Assembly (NCBI GenBank): GCA_937888365.1
Contig: CALBFA010000041.1
Coordinates: forward strand, 1,689-65,688
From: an uncultured Fidelibacterota bacterium
GTDB taxonomy: Bacteria > Fidelibacterota > UBA8477 > JABMPR01
Direction of reading: 5' to 3'
Length of the DNA: 64,000 nt
The position numbers and the translations under genes are program-made. Below, one piece after another: positions 40,387 to 50,638 of this stretch (its first letter is position 1; each line of letters begins with the position of its first letter). The notes beneath the pieces were generated by a model. The model was given only the letters and a program-made list of their open reading frames with translations. It searched no databases and had not been told where the DNA came from.

Positions 40387-40812
40387 ATGTTAATGCCAAA
40401 AAAAGTAAAGTTTCGCAAACTGCAAAAAGGTAGGAATAGAGGAAAAGCATCTCGTGGTATCGAAGTTTCTTATGGTACGTATGGGATGAAAGCTCTCGAA
40501 CCGGGTTGGATAACCAGTCGTCAGATTGAAGCCGCTCGTGTTGCCATTGTCAGACGCGTTAGAAAACATGGAAAAATGTGGATTCGCCTTTTCCCTCATA
40601 AACCAATTACTCAAAAACCTGCAGAAACTCGAATGGGTAAAGGAAAAGGTAGCCCAGAGTATTGGGTGGCAGTGGTAAGACCTGGACATATTATGTTTGA
40701 AGTTGACGGCGTAGATGTCGAAATAGCAGCTGAAGCATTTCGTATTGCAGGACACAAACTACCAATTAAAACAAAAATGGTCGCTCGTCGTGATATACAG
40801 GAAGTAACATAA
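40387..40812 (+). CDS. rplP: 50S ribosomal protein L16
   Basis: RQIEAAR, RMGKGKG. Confidence 0.98.
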   Translation: MLMPKKVKFRKLQKGRNRGKASRGIEVSYGTYGMKALEPGWITSRQIEAARVAIVRRVRKHGKMWIRLFPHKPITQKPAETRMGKGKGSPEYWVAVVRPGHIMFEVDGVDVEIAAEAFRIAGHKLPIKTKMVARRDIQEVT

Positions 40813-41024
40813 TGAAAACTACACAGCTAGCAGAATTAACCGTTGAACAATTGCATAATAAACTTGCTGACAATCATACAGAATTAGCAAATTTACGTTT
40901 TCAAAAAGCTTTACAGCAATTGGAAGCGCCAGCAAGAATACCTGCCATTAAAACCGAAATTGCTCAGATTAAAACAAGGTTAAGAGAATACGAATTAGAA
41001 ATTCGTTCCTCTGAAGGGAAATAA
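40812..41024 (+). CDS. rpmC: 50S ribosomal protein L29
   Basis: ELANLRFQ...IAQIKT; synteny. Confidence 0.93.
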   Translation: MKTTQLAELTVEQLHNKLADNHTELANLRFQKALQQLEAPARIPAIKTEIAQIKTRLREYELEIRSSEGK

Positions 41025-41287
41025 TGATGGGTGAGACAAGCAAGAAAAGAATATTATCAGGCGTTGTAACAAGTGACAAAATGGATAAAACCATTGTTGT
41101 TAATGTTGCGCGAAATATAAAACATCCTATGTATGGCAAAGTAATTCAAAAATCAAAAAAAGTAAAAGCGCATGACGAGAATAATGCATGTGGTATAGGA
41201 GACGGAGTGCGTATTATCGAAGCTCGTCCTCTTAGCCGAGACAAACGCTGGTTACTTCTTGAAGTTACTAAGACATACCAAGGTTAA
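41024..41287 (+). CDS. rpsQ: 30S ribosomal protein S17
   Basis: [23 protein letters not shown]. Confidence 0.97.
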   Translation: MMGETSKKRILSGVVTSDKMDKTIVVNVARNIKHPMYGKVIQKSKKVKAHDENNACGIGDGVRIIEARPLSRDKRWLLLEVTKTYQG

Positions 41288-41311
41288 GTACTAAACAGGT
41301 AGGAATAAAGT

Positions 41312-41680
41312 ATGATTCAACAAGAAACACGACTTAAAGTTGCGGATAACACAGGAGCTAAAGAAGTCCTCTGTTTCAAAGTCCTGGGAGGAACACGGAG
41401 ACGATATGCCACTATCGGTGATATTATTGTCGTAACTGTAAAACAGGCAACTCCAAATAGCAGCGTTAAAAAGGGTGATGTATCCCGCGCCGTTGTTGTG
41501 CGCGTTAAAAAAGAAATTCGTAGAAAAGATGGTAGTTATATTCGATTTGATGAAAATGCTGCCGTGCTAATCAATGAAAAATTAGAACCCAAAGGCACAC
41601 GTATTTTTGGACCCGTAGCGCGTGAGTTACGTGAAAAACAATTTATGCGTATCGTCTCAATGGCTCCCGAAGTACTGTAA
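41312..41680 (+). CDS. rplN: 50S ribosomal protein L14
   Basis: [20 protein letters not shown]. Confidence 0.99.
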   Translation: MIQQETRLKVADNTGAKEVLCFKVLGGTRRRYATIGDIIVVTVKQATPNSSVKKGDVSRAVVVRVKKEIRRKDGSYIRFDENAAVLINEKLEPKGTRIFGPVARELREKQFMRIVSMAPEVL

Positions 41681-41692
41681 AGCGAGGTCATA

Positions 41693-42001
41693 ATGAAAAT
41701 AAAGAAAAATGATATGATCGAAGTTATCGCAGGTGCAGATAAAGGGAAAAAGGGAAAAGTTTTACAAGTTTTTCCAAAGAAAGAACGCCTGTTAGTTGAA
41801 GGTGTAAATTTTATAACAAAACATCAACGTCAAACTTCAGCAAATTCACCATCTGGTAGGATTGAAAAAGAGGCACCTATTCATATTTCCAATGTAGCTT
41901 TACTTAGAAATGATAAAAAAGTCAAAGTGGGCTTCAAACATTTGGAAGATGGAAAAAAAGTGCGGATTTCTAAAGCTGATGGCGAAGTACTTGATCGTTA
42001 G
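41693..42001 (+). CDS. rplX: 50S ribosomal protein L24
   Basis: GADKGKKG, EAPIHISNV. Confidence 0.97.
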   Translation: MKIKKNDMIEVIAGADKGKKGKVLQVFPKKERLLVEGVNFITKHQRQTSANSPSGRIEKEAPIHISNVALLRNDKKVKVGFKHLEDGKKVRISKADGEVLDR

Positions 42002-42016
42002 AGGAAGAGAAGACTG

Positions 42017-42580
42017 ATGAGTGACTACGTGGCAAGATTAAGAGAAAAATATACGAAAGAAGTTGTCCCAGTTCTTTCAGAAAAATTTGGTTATGCGAAT
42101 GTAATGCAAGTACCAAAACTGGAAAAAATTTCTATTAATATTGGACTAGGAAATGCTAGAGAGGACGAAAGAGCATTAGAAAATGCTGTAGCTGAATTAA
42201 CGGCTATTACTGGACAAAAACCGGTGATTACCAAAGCAAAGAAAGCTATTTCTAATTTCAAAATTAGAGCGGGAGATGCCGTTGGCACAAAAGTTACCTT
42301 ACGAGGAAATCGTATGTGGGAATTTTTGGATCGATTTATCTCTACCGCTTTACCTCGTGTTCGAGATTTCAATGGTGTCCCTAATAGATCATTCGACGGA
42401 AAAGGTAATTATGCTATTGGTATAAAAGAGCAAATTATTTTTCCTGAAATTGATTATGATAAAATTGACAAGGTTCGTGGTATGGATATTAATATTACCA
42501 CGACTGCAAAAACAGATGAAGAAGCCTATGAATTGTTAAAAGTTCTTGGGATTCCATTCCGTAAAAAAACAACGAATTAA
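42017..42580 (+). CDS. rplE: 50S ribosomal protein L5
   Basis: ITGQKP, LPRVRDF, IFPEI. Confidence 0.98.
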   Translation: MSDYVARLREKYTKEVVPVLSEKFGYANVMQVPKLEKISINIGLGNAREDERALENAVAELTAITGQKPVITKAKKAISNFKIRAGDAVGTKVTLRGNRMWEFLDRFISTALPRVRDFNGVPNRSFDGKGNYAIGIKEQIIFPEIDYDKIDKVRGMDINITTTAKTDEEAYELLKVLGIPFRKKTTN

Positions 42581-42591
42581 GGTGTCCTAAT

Positions 42592-42777
42592 ATGGCAAAA
42601 AAATCTTTAATTGCTAAAGCAAAACGACCACAGAAATTTGCAGTGCGTGAATATAGTCGATGTAAAGTTTGTGGTCGACCCAAAGGATATATCCGCAAAT
42701 TTGGACTCTGTAGACTTTGTTTCCGTGAATTAGCCCTTAGTGGTGAAATTCCTGGTATAACGAAAGCCAGTTGGTAA
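42592..42777 (+). CDS. rpsN: 30S ribosomal protein S14 type Z
   Basis: RCKVCGR...LCRLCFRE. Confidence 0.97.
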   Translation: MAKKSLIAKAKRPQKFAVREYSRCKVCGRPKGYIRKFGLCRLCFRELALSGEIPGITKASW

Positions 42778-42792
42778 AGGAGAGTATTTGAT

Positions 42793-43191
42793 ATGTCTAT
42801 GAATGATCCCGTAGCCGATTTTTTAACTCGGATTCGCAACGCTCAACAAGCAAGACATCGTTGGGCTGATATTCCATCATCAAACTTAAAAACAAGAATG
42901 GCTCTTTTGCTAAAACTTGAAGGTTTTATCAAAGACTTTGTTTTAATTGAGGGTGGTCATTTTTTAACAATACGCGTATATCTTAAATACTCGCCATCGG
43001 GTGAAGGTGTTATTAAAGGTATCGACCGTATAAGCAAACCTGGATTGAGAAAGTATGTCGGTGCCGATAAACTTCCTCGCGTCCTTAATGGTATGGGAAT
43101 CGCTATTCTAACGACATCAAAAGGTGTTATTACGAATAAGCAAGCACGTAAAGAACGTGTGGGTGGCGAAATCCTATGTCAAGTTTGGTAA
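42793..43191 (+). CDS. rpsH: 30S ribosomal protein S8
   Basis: DPVADFLTRIRN, ISKPGLR. Confidence 0.98.
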   Translation: MSMNDPVADFLTRIRNAQQARHRWADIPSSNLKTRMALLLKLEGFIKDFVLIEGGHFLTIRVYLKYSPSGEGVIKGIDRISKPGLRKYVGADKLPRVLNGMGIAILTTSKGVITNKQARKERVGGEILCQVW

Positions 43192-43211
43192 GATTGGGAG
43201 AGAGGTAGTTT

Positions 43212-43751
43212 ATGTCACTAATAGGTAAGATGCCAATCAATATCCCCAATGGTGTTGAAATTAAAATTGATAGAAAAACTGTATTAGTTTCAGGGCCAAA
43301 AGGCAATCTAGAAGTTGATATTAACGATGGAATAAATGTTCTTGTTGAGAATCAAAACATTATTGTGACGCGTGATAATGATGCAAAAGAAACACGTTCA
43401 TTGCATGGACTTATTAGATCGCTTATTAATAATGCTGTTATTGGCGTATCTCAAGGGTTTAAAAAAGAATTAGAAATTATTGGTACGGGTTATAACGTAA
43501 ATTTGAACGGTTCTTCACTCCTCATAAATGTTGGTTTTTCACATCCTGTTTTTGTAGGAGAAATTGAAGGCATTCAATACGAAACTCAAGGACTTAATGC
43601 ATTTTCGGTTTCAGGAATTGATAAATATCTTGTTGGCGAAATTGCAGCAAAAATACGATCGGTAAGACCTCCTGAACCTTATAAAGGCAAAGGGATTCGA
43701 TACAAAGATGAGCATGTCCGTCGCAAAGCTGGTAAAACAGTAGGTAAATAA
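43212..43751 (+). CDS. rplF: 50S ribosomal protein L6
   Basis: GPKG, RPPEPYKGKGI. Confidence 0.98.
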   Translation: MSLIGKMPINIPNGVEIKIDRKTVLVSGPKGNLEVDINDGINVLVENQNIIVTRDNDAKETRSLHGLIRSLINNAVIGVSQGFKKELEIIGTGYNVNLNGSSLLINVGFSHPVFVGEIEGIQYETQGLNAFSVSGIDKYLVGEIAAKIRSVRPPEPYKGKGIRYKDEHVRRKAGKTVGK

Positions 43752-43762
43752 AGGAAGTTATT

Positions 43763-44131
43763 GTGAGTGATTCAAATAAAAAGCGACTCGTAAAACGTCG
43801 CAAAAAAAGACTTGCCTTTAAGCATAAAATTGAAGGCGATTTACGACCAAGACTTCTTGTGTTTAGGAGTAATCGACACATTTATGCCCAAGTAATTGAT
43901 AATAAGGGAAATGTTTTGGCAAGTAGTGGTGACAACAGCAAATCGATTGTTTCAGAGTTGAAAGACGCTAAAACTAAAACGGATATTAGCAAAGTTATTG
44001 GGAAACTAGTCGCTGAAAAGGCTGTTGAAGCAGGCATAAAAGCCGTCATATTTGATAGAAATGGTTTTGGATATCACGGTAGAATTAAAGCTTTAGCTGA
44101 CTCTGCCAGAGAAGCTGGATTGGAGTTTTAA
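43763..44131 (+). CDS. rplR: 50S ribosomal protein L18
   Basis: [24 protein letters not shown]. Confidence 0.97.
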   Translation: MSDSNKKRLVKRRKKRLAFKHKIEGDLRPRLLVFRSNRHIYAQVIDNKGNVLASSGDNSKSIVSELKDAKTKTDISKVIGKLVAEKAVEAGIKAVIFDRNGFGYHGRIKALADSAREAGLEF

Positions 44132-44637
44132 TGAGACGCGCAATTAACCCTGGTGAAATTGATTTTAAGGAAGAAAAAGTCGTTAAAATTAATCGCGTAG
44201 CCAAAGTTGTCAAAGGTGGTAGAAGATTTCGTTTTAACGCGGTTGTTGTTGTTGGTGATGGCGAAGGACATATTGGCTTAGGTTTAGGAAAAGCTAATGA
44301 AGTCATGTCTGCAATCAACAAAGGCAAAGAAAACGCTAAGAAAAACGTCATTAAAGTTCCGATTATTAATGGAACACTTCCACATGAAGTTATTGGGCAT
44401 TATGGTGCTGGTAGAGTACTTTTAAAACCAGCAGCTGCTGGTACTGGTATTATTGCTGGTGGTGCAGTTCGCGCGATGATGGAGCAAGTAGGAATTACGG
44501 ATGTTTTAGCTAAAATATTAGGCACTCGTAATGTTCATAATGTTGTAAAAGCAACACTTCAAGGTTTAGAATCACTTGAAGATGCAAATTCAATGTCTAG
44601 TAGAAGAGGAATAACTGTTCAAGAGTTATTTAATTGA
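44131..44637 (+). CDS. rpsE: 30S ribosomal protein S5
   Basis: [18 protein letters not shown]. Confidence 0.98.
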   Translation: MRRAINPGEIDFKEEKVVKINRVAKVVKGGRRFRFNAVVVVGDGEGHIGLGLGKANEVMSAINKGKENAKKNVIKVPIINGTLPHEVIGHYGAGRVLLKPAAAGTGIIAGGAVRAMMEQVGITDVLAKILGTRNVHNVVKATLQGLESLEDANSMSSRRGITVQELFN

Positions 44638-44638
44638 T

Positions 44639-44833
44639 ATGACTGCAAAAAAAGTAAAACAAATTAAAATTACATTAGACAAGAGTGTCAGTCGTCAAAA
44701 ACAACCAATTGTTAGGACGGTAGAAGCTCTAGGACTTAAAAGAATTCGTCATTTTGTTATTCAAGATGATAATGATGTAATCCGTGGTATGGTGTTTAAA
44801 GTTAAACATCTCGTCACAGTGGAGAATGTATAA
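44639..44833 (+). CDS. rpmD: 50S ribosomal protein L30
   Basis: ALGL.RI...IRGMV.KV.HLV. Confidence 0.95.
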   Translation: MTAKKVKQIKITLDKSVSRQKQPIVRTVEALGLKRIRHFVIQDDNDVIRGMVFKVKHLVTVENV

Positions 44834-45267
44834 TGAAGTTAGGGAATCTTAGGCCGGCTGAAGGATCCGTGAAAAAACGGAAAAGAATTGGCCGTGGTAA
44901 TGCATCGGGCTGGGGTAGAAATGCGGGTCGAGGCGAAAAAGGTTATGGATCTCGTACAGGTTCAACGACTGCTGGCTTATTTGAAGGCGGTCAAATGCCT
45001 TTACACAGAAGACTTCCTAAAAGAGGTTTTCATAACAATTTTAAAAAAGTTTATGAAATAGTTAATATACGAGATTTAGATCGCGTTACTGAAGAAATAA
45101 TTAATAATGAAAGTTTAGTAAAAGCTGGACTCATTAAAAAACTCGATAGTAATGTGAAAATATTAGGTGATGGCGACTTGACTAAAGCCTTTGTTGTGGC
45201 CGTTAAAGCAATAAGTGCTTCTGCAAAAGAAAAGATTATCGCAGCAGGTGGGAAGGTTTCTGAATAA
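44833..45267 (+). CDS. rplO: 50S ribosomal protein L15
   Basis: RIGRG, FEGGQMPLHRRLPKRGF. Confidence 0.98.
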   Translation: MKLGNLRPAEGSVKKRKRIGRGNASGWGRNAGRGEKGYGSRTGSTTAGLFEGGQMPLHRRLPKRGFHNNFKKVYEIVNIRDLDRVTEEIINNESLVKAGLIKKLDSNVKILGDGDLTKAFVVAVKAISASAKEKIIAAGGKVSE

Positions 45268-46613
45268 TGTTTGAAAAAATCGTAAATATTTTTAAAATTC
45301 CAGAATTAAAAAGAAGAATTCTTTTTACGCTCGGACTTATTGCTGTTTTTAGACTAGGTGGTCACGTGCCTTTACCTGGTGTTGATGTTGATGTTCTTGG
45401 CGCTGCCATTGAAAATTTGCAAAGTGGCTTTCAAGGATTTTTAGGATTATACGATCTCTTTGCAGGTGGCAATTTTAAAAAAGCGACTGTTTTTGCCCTT
45501 GGTATTATGCCATATATATCTGCTTCTATCATTATACAGCTTCTTGGCTCAGTGATTCCTTATTTCCAAAAGCTTCAAAAAGAAGGTGAAGAAGGTCGGA
45601 AAAAGATTACACAAATTACGCGTTATGGAACGGTTGCAATCTCAGCTGCTCAAGCATTTGGTGTTGCCATATTCTTAACGCAAATGGAAGCCTCAATTGG
45701 TGGTGCATCAGCTAAAGTGGTACCCGATGGAGGAGCAGGTTTCTTTATTCTTACAATGCTTACATTGATTACGGGAACCGTATTTTTAATGTGGCTAGGT
45801 GAGCAAATTACAGAAAGAGGAATTGGTAACGGAATTTCATTGATTATTATGATTGGAATTATTGTTCGTTTACCTCAAGTAATTCTAAAAGAAGTACATT
45901 ACGTTCAAAATGATGTTCATACTATTTTTACAGAAATATTGCTTATTATGATATTAATTGCTGTTATAGCGGGCGTCATTATGTTAACACAGGGCACTCG
46001 TAAAATTCCTGTACAATATGCTAAAAGAGTCGTTGGCCGTAAGGTTTATGGAGGACAGTCAACACATATCCCTCTAAAGGTAAATAGTGCTGGAGTGATG
46101 CCAATTATCTTTGCTCAAGCAATATTAATGTTACCTGGTATGGTTGGTACAATGTTCCCCGATAGTGTTTTTATGAATGGAATATTAAGATGGTTCTCTT
46201 TTGGTCACCCATTTTATTTAATCACGTTTGGACTCTTTATTGTGTTTTTTACATATTTCTATACTGCAATTGCATTTAACCCTGCAGATGTAGCGGATAA
46301 TATGAAAAAACAAGGTGGCTTCATTCCTGGTATTAGACCCGGAAAAAAAACGGCTGAATATATTGATAATATCTTAACCCGCGTTACACTACCAGGCGCT
46401 ATTGCCCTTGCAATTATCGCGGTAATGCCATCAATTATCACATCGTTTATGGATATTGATATGGACGTTGCTTCCTTTTTTGGGGGAACAAGTCTGCTGA
46501 TTATGGTTGGTGTTGCTTTAGACACATTACAACAAATTGAATCTCATTTGTTGATGCGTCATTATGATGGATTTATGAAGTCGGGTAAAATTAAAGGCCG
46601 TAGAAGAGCCTAA
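45267..46613 (+). CDS. secY: Preprotein translocase subunit SecY
   Basis: LGIMPYISASII, GIGNGISL, IPGIRPG, GGTSLLI. Confidence 0.99.
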   Translation: MFEKIVNIFKIPELKRRILFTLGLIAVFRLGGHVPLPGVDVDVLGAAIENLQSGFQGFLGLYDLFAGGNFKKATVFALGIMPYISASIIIQLLGSVIPYFQKLQKEGEEGRKKITQITRYGTVAISAAQAFGVAIFLTQMEASIGGASAKVVPDGGAGFFILTMLTLITGTVFLMWLGEQITERGIGNGISLIIMIGIIVRLPQVILKEVHYVQNDVHTIFTEILLIMILIAVIAGVIMLTQGTRKIPVQYAKRVVGRKVYGGQSTHIPLKVNSAGVMPIIFAQAILMLPGMVGTMFPDSVFMNGILRWFSFGHPFYLITFGLFIVFFTYFYTAIAFNPADVADNMKKQGGFIPGIRPGKKTAEYIDNILTRVTLPGAIALAIIAVMPSIITSFMDIDMDVASFFGGTSLLIMVGVALDTLQQIESHLLMRHYDGFMKSGKIKGRRRA

Positions 46614-46641
46614 TTTTATCGAGTATAATTAGTTTTTTGAA

Positions 46642-47406
46642 ATGATAAGACTTAAAAGCAATGCTGAAGTTAAAAAACTTCGTAAAGCGGCTATAATTGT
46701 ATTTGAAACCCTCGAAATGCTGAGTCACGAAATTAGACCAGGCGTTACGCTTAAAAGGCTAGATACCTTAGCTGAGGATTTCATTCGTTCGAAAAATGCA
46801 ATTCCAGGCTTTAAGGGCATGTATGGTTTCCCAGCGACTCTGTGCTTATCTCCCAATAACATGGTTGTGCATGGTGTACCGAATAATATTGAACTTGTTG
46901 AAAGTGATATTCTCGGAGTTGATTGTGGAACACTTCTTGATGGTTTTTATGGAGACTCGGCGCGTACGTATGCCGTAGGTGAGATATCTGATAATCGAAA
47001 GAAATTATTGCATGTGACGCAAGAAGCATTGTATAAAGGAATTGAACAGGCCAAACCAGGTAATCGTTTACGAGATATTGGGCATGCAATTCAATCCTAT
47101 GTAGAATCCTTTGGATATTCTGTAGTGCGTGAGATGGTTGGGCATGGTATTGGTCGAGACCTACATGAGGAGCCACAAGTACCTAATTATGGAAAAGCAG
47201 GTACAGGGATTCTTCTAAAAGCAGGAATGACGTTGGCAATTGAACCAATGGTTAATATGGGAACAAAAGATATATATACTCATAAAGACGGTTGGGCTGT
47301 TTTAACAAAAGATGGTCAAGATTCGGCGCATTTCGAACATACAATTGCAATTACTGAAGACGGTCCTGTGATATTAAGTCACTCGGACACAACCATATTT
47401 GATTAG
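46642..47406 (+). CDS. map: Methionine aminopeptidase type I
   Basis: GDSART, GHGIG..LHEEP, AIEPM, SAHFEHT. Confidence 0.97.
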   Translation: MIRLKSNAEVKKLRKAAIIVFETLEMLSHEIRPGVTLKRLDTLAEDFIRSKNAIPGFKGMYGFPATLCLSPNNMVVHGVPNNIELVESDILGVDCGTLLDGFYGDSARTYAVGEISDNRKKLLHVTQEALYKGIEQAKPGNRLRDIGHAIQSYVESFGYSVVREMVGHGIGRDLHEEPQVPNYGKAGTGILLKAGMTLAIEPMVNMGTKDIYTHKDGWAVLTKDGQDSAHFEHTIAITEDGPVILSHSDTTIFD

Positions 47407-47412
47407 GAGAAT

Positions 47413-47631
47413 ATGGCTAAAATTAAAATGATAAAGGCTGATGGAGTCATTGAGGAAAATTTACCCAATGCTTCCTTCATCGTAAAGTTGGATAATGGGC
47501 ACGTAATGACGGCTCATATATCAGGAAAAATGAGAATGCACTATATAAAGATTCTACCAGGGGATAAGGTTACAGTTGAACTATCTCCGTACGATTTAAA
47601 TCGTGGTAGAATAACATATAGATATAAATAG
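47413..47631 (+). CDS. infA: Translation initiation factor IF-1
   Basis: [17 protein letters not shown]. Confidence 0.98.
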   Translation: MAKIKMIKADGVIEENLPNASFIVKLDNGHVMTAHISGKMRMHYIKILPGDKVTVELSPYDLNRGRITYRYK

Positions 47632-47644
47632 AAGAGGTTTATAG

Positions 47645-47758
47645 GTGAAAGTTAGAGCATCAGTAAAACCAATTTGTGACAAGTGCAAAGTGATCAAGCG
47701 CCATGGTAAGGTGCTTGTAATTTGCGAAAATCCAAAACACAAACAGAGACAAGGTTAG
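47645..47758 (+). CDS. rpmJ: 50S ribosomal protein L36; absent from ORF track
   Basis: Hand translation (GTG start) [37 protein letters not shown]. Confidence 0.97.
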   Translation: MKVRASVKPICDKCKVIKRHGKVLVICENPKHKQRQG

Positions 47759-47769
47759 GGAGGCTTAAT

Positions 47770-48132
47770 TTGGCGCGTATTTCAGGTGTCGATTTGCCAA
47801 GAAACAAAAAGGTGCAATATGGATTATGCTATATCTATGGTATAGGATTACATTTTGCAGGTGAAATTTGTAAAAAAGCGAGTGTAGATTCAAGCATTAA
47901 GATTCAGGATTTAACTGAAGAGCAGGTCCGTGATATTCGCGACGTAATTACAAAAGAGTACACTGTTGAAGGTACTTTACGTAATGAAGTAAATCTCAAT
48001 ATCAAGCGTTTAATGGATATTGGGTGTTATAGAGGACTTCGTCATCGTCGTGGACTTCCTGTTAGAGGTCAAAATACGAAAAATAATGCTCGCACACGCA
48101 AAGGTCGCAAACGCGGCGTTGGCAAAAAATAA
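47770..48132 (+). CDS. rpsM: 30S ribosomal protein S13
   Basis: TTG start after [21 protein letters not shown]. Confidence 0.98.
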   Translation: MARISGVDLPRNKKVQYGLCYIYGIGLHFAGEICKKASVDSSIKIQDLTEEQVRDIRDVITKEYTVEGTLRNEVNLNIKRLMDIGCYRGLRHRRGLPVRGQNTKNNARTRKGRKRGVGKK

Positions 48133-48153
48133 GAGTATTAAGGAGAACATTCA

Positions 48154-48543
48154 GTGGCGAAGTCACAATCTCAAAAAAGAAAAAAGAAACTTAAAGTTGA
48201 CCCTGAGGGGATCGCTCATATCAAAGCGAGTTTCAACAATACTATCGTATCTATGACAGATAAGAATGGTAATGTGGTGACTTGGTGTTCATCTGGTATG
48301 GTCGGCTTCAAAGGATCAAGAAAAAACACTCCATATGCTGCATCATTAGCTGCTGAAAAAGCAACGAAAGAAGCACTTGATATGGGGATGATAAGAGTTG
48401 AAGTAAGAGTAAAAGGCCCAGGCGGTGGTCGCGAGTCAGCGATTCGCTCAATTGCTGCTGCAGGCATTGAAATTACGGCAATTAAAGATGTAACACCGTT
48501 ACCTCATAACGGATGTCGTCCATCAAAGAAACGTCGAGTATAA
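48154..48543 (+). CDS. rpsK: 30S ribosomal protein S11
   Basis: [16 protein letters not shown]. Confidence 0.98.
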   Translation: MAKSQSQKRKKKLKVDPEGIAHIKASFNNTIVSMTDKNGNVVTWCSSGMVGFKGSRKNTPYAASLAAEKATKEALDMGMIRVEVRVKGPGGGRESAIRSIAAAGIEITAIKDVTPLPHNGCRPSKKRRV

Positions 48544-48557
48544 GGAGTTATTGAACT

Positions 48558-49172
48558 ATGGCTAGATTTCATGGTCCAAGAGGAAAAGTAGTACGACGTT
48601 TAGGTGGTTTCCAGGCGTTTGAATCTCCTAAATTTGGGAGTATGAAAAACACCTATCCACCAGGACAACATGGTCCAACGATGAGAAAACGTACTTCAGA
48701 ATATGGTCTACAACTTCGTGAAAAACAAAAGATTAAGTATCTTTACGAAGTTATGGAAAAACAATTCGTGAACTATTTTAAAAAAGCAAGTAAAGAAAAA
48801 GGTATTACCGGACATAATCTTGTGCGCTCTCTTGAAGCACGTCTTGATAATGCGGTTTATCGCCTAGGTTTAGCAAGTACAAGACGTCAAGCACGTCAAC
48901 TTGTTTCCCACGCTCATGTACTTGTAAACGGTAAAAAAGTTAATATCCCAAGCTATAGGTTAAGCCCTGGTGATATTGTTAAAATACGCGAAAAAAGTAA
49001 GAAAATGGAAATAATTCATGAATCAATGAAACGCGTTCAGGGCGAAGGTAGTTATCCTTGGCTTTCTTTGGACAAAGCAAATATGGAAGGAATATTTATT
49101 GACTTTCCTACCAGAGATCAAATTCATGATGAATATAACGAACAATTAGTAGTTGAGTTATACTCTAAATAG
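48558..49172 (+). CDS. rpsD: 30S ribosomal protein S4
   Basis: PGQHG, LEARLDN, VVELYSK. Confidence 0.98.
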   Translation: MARFHGPRGKVVRRLGGFQAFESPKFGSMKNTYPPGQHGPTMRKRTSEYGLQLREKQKIKYLYEVMEKQFVNYFKKASKEKGITGHNLVRSLEARLDNAVYRLGLASTRRQARQLVSHAHVLVNGKKVNIPSYRLSPGDIVKIREKSKKMEIIHESMKRVQGEGSYPWLSLDKANMEGIFIDFPTRDQIHDEYNEQLVVELYSK

Positions 49173-49183
49173 TAAGGGGTTAT

Positions 49184-50164
49184 ATGCCAAACTTTAATAT
49201 ACCCGAATCCTATTCCATCAATGAGGAAAACAGTACTGAATTCTCAAAAGAATTCGTTATTTCTCCTCTTGAAAGAGGATATGGAATTACAATGGGCAAT
49301 GCTTTACGCCGAGTACTTTTATCGTCTGTGCCGGGTGCAGCTATCGTTAGTATTCGTGTTGAAAACGCATTACATGAATTTCAAGCCTTAGAAGGTGTTG
49401 TAGAAGATCTAACAGATGTTGTTCTTAATTTTAAGGGCGTTAGCTTCAAATTACTCGAATCAAAACCAGAAAAAGTAAATGTGTCCATTAAAGGTCCACA
49501 TGTATTTACGGCTGGTGATATTGGTGACGGAAATACTCAGTTTGAAGTTTTAAATCCTGATTTGCACATCGCTACTGTAAATGAAGGTGCAGAATTAAAT
49601 ATAGAAATTCGTATCAGTCGTGGACGCGGTTATGTCCCTGCTGAGGGAAACCAACTTCCCGATTTTCCAATCGGTACTATCTTTATCGATAGTATATTCT
49701 CACCTATTCTAAACGTTTCTTTTGATGTAAAAACAATTCAAGGTGCCGAAGGTGAATATCAAGAATCTTTGAATATGACTGTTACAACCGACGGTAGTTT
49801 AACACCAGAAGAAGCAATGGCTTACGCTTCCAAAATGATTGTAGGTCACGTAAAAATGTTTATCAAAGAAGATACATCACTTATTAGTGAACCCGTATCT
49901 GAAGTTGATGAAGAAATGTTACGTGTACGCAATGAACTTAAACGTTCTATTGATGAACTCGAATTATCTGTTCGATCCTATAATTGTTTACAAGCGGCTG
50001 AAATTAAATACATCCATGACTTAGTTGACAAAGAAGAATCTGAAATGTTACGCTTTAAAAACTTTGGACGCAAATCGCTGACGGAGCTCAATGAAAAGCT
50101 TTCAGAACTCGGATTGCATTTTGGAATGGATGTAGATAAATATTTAAAAGACGAAGTGAACTAG
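49184..50164 (+). CDS. rpoA: RNA polymerase alpha subunit
   Basis: PLERGYG.T.GNALRRVLLSS, LSVRSYNCL, NFGRKS. Confidence 0.99.
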   Translation: MPNFNIPESYSINEENSTEFSKEFVISPLERGYGITMGNALRRVLLSSVPGAAIVSIRVENALHEFQALEGVVEDLTDVVLNFKGVSFKLLESKPEKVNVSIKGPHVFTAGDIGDGNTQFEVLNPDLHIATVNEGAELNIEIRISRGRGYVPAEGNQLPDFPIGTIFIDSIFSPILNVSFDVKTIQGAEGEYQESLNMTVTTDGSLTPEEAMAYASKMIVGHVKMFIKEDTSLISEPVSEVDEEMLRVRNELKRSIDELELSVRSYNCLQAAEIKYIHDLVDKEESEMLRFKNFGRKSLTELNEKLSELGLHFGMDVDKYLKDEVN

Positions 50165-50173
50165 GTGATATAA

Positions 50174-50620
50174 ATGCGACATCGTAAAGACGGAAGAAAA
50201 TTTAATCGTACAGCGAGTCACCGTAAAGCCATGTTAATGAACTTGGCGGCTAACTTGATTATTCACAAGCAAATTCGTACAACACATCCAAAAGCTCTTG
50301 AAGCACGTCGTTTAGTTGAAACTTTAATTACTAAAGCAAAACGAGGCGATTTACACTCAAGACGATTGGTGTTGAAAGTAATTCCACAACCAGACGTTGT
50401 GAAAATTCTTTTCGACGATATTGCTCCAACATTTCAAGATCGTAACGGTGGATATACCAGAATAATTAAACTGGGACGCAGAAAAAATGATGCGGCTCAT
50501 GTTTCTTTACTTGCTTTAGTTGATTTCTTGCCTGCAGAACCTGTAGCTAAGAATAAAACCGAAGTGAAAGAAAAAACGGCTGTCGAAGACGTAAAAGATG
50601 AGACCTCTGAAAAGGAATAA
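50174..50620 (+). CDS. rplQ: 50S ribosomal protein L17
   Basis: MRHRK, RNGGYTRI. Confidence 0.98.
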   Translation: MRHRKDGRKFNRTASHRKAMLMNLAANLIIHKQIRTTHPKALEARRLVETLITKAKRGDLHSRRLVLKVIPQPDVVKILFDDIAPTFQDRNGGYTRIIKLGRRKNDAAHVSLLALVDFLPAEPVAKNKTEVKEKTAVEDVKDETSEKE

Positions 50621-50638
50621 CTTTTTAAGGGACTTTTT

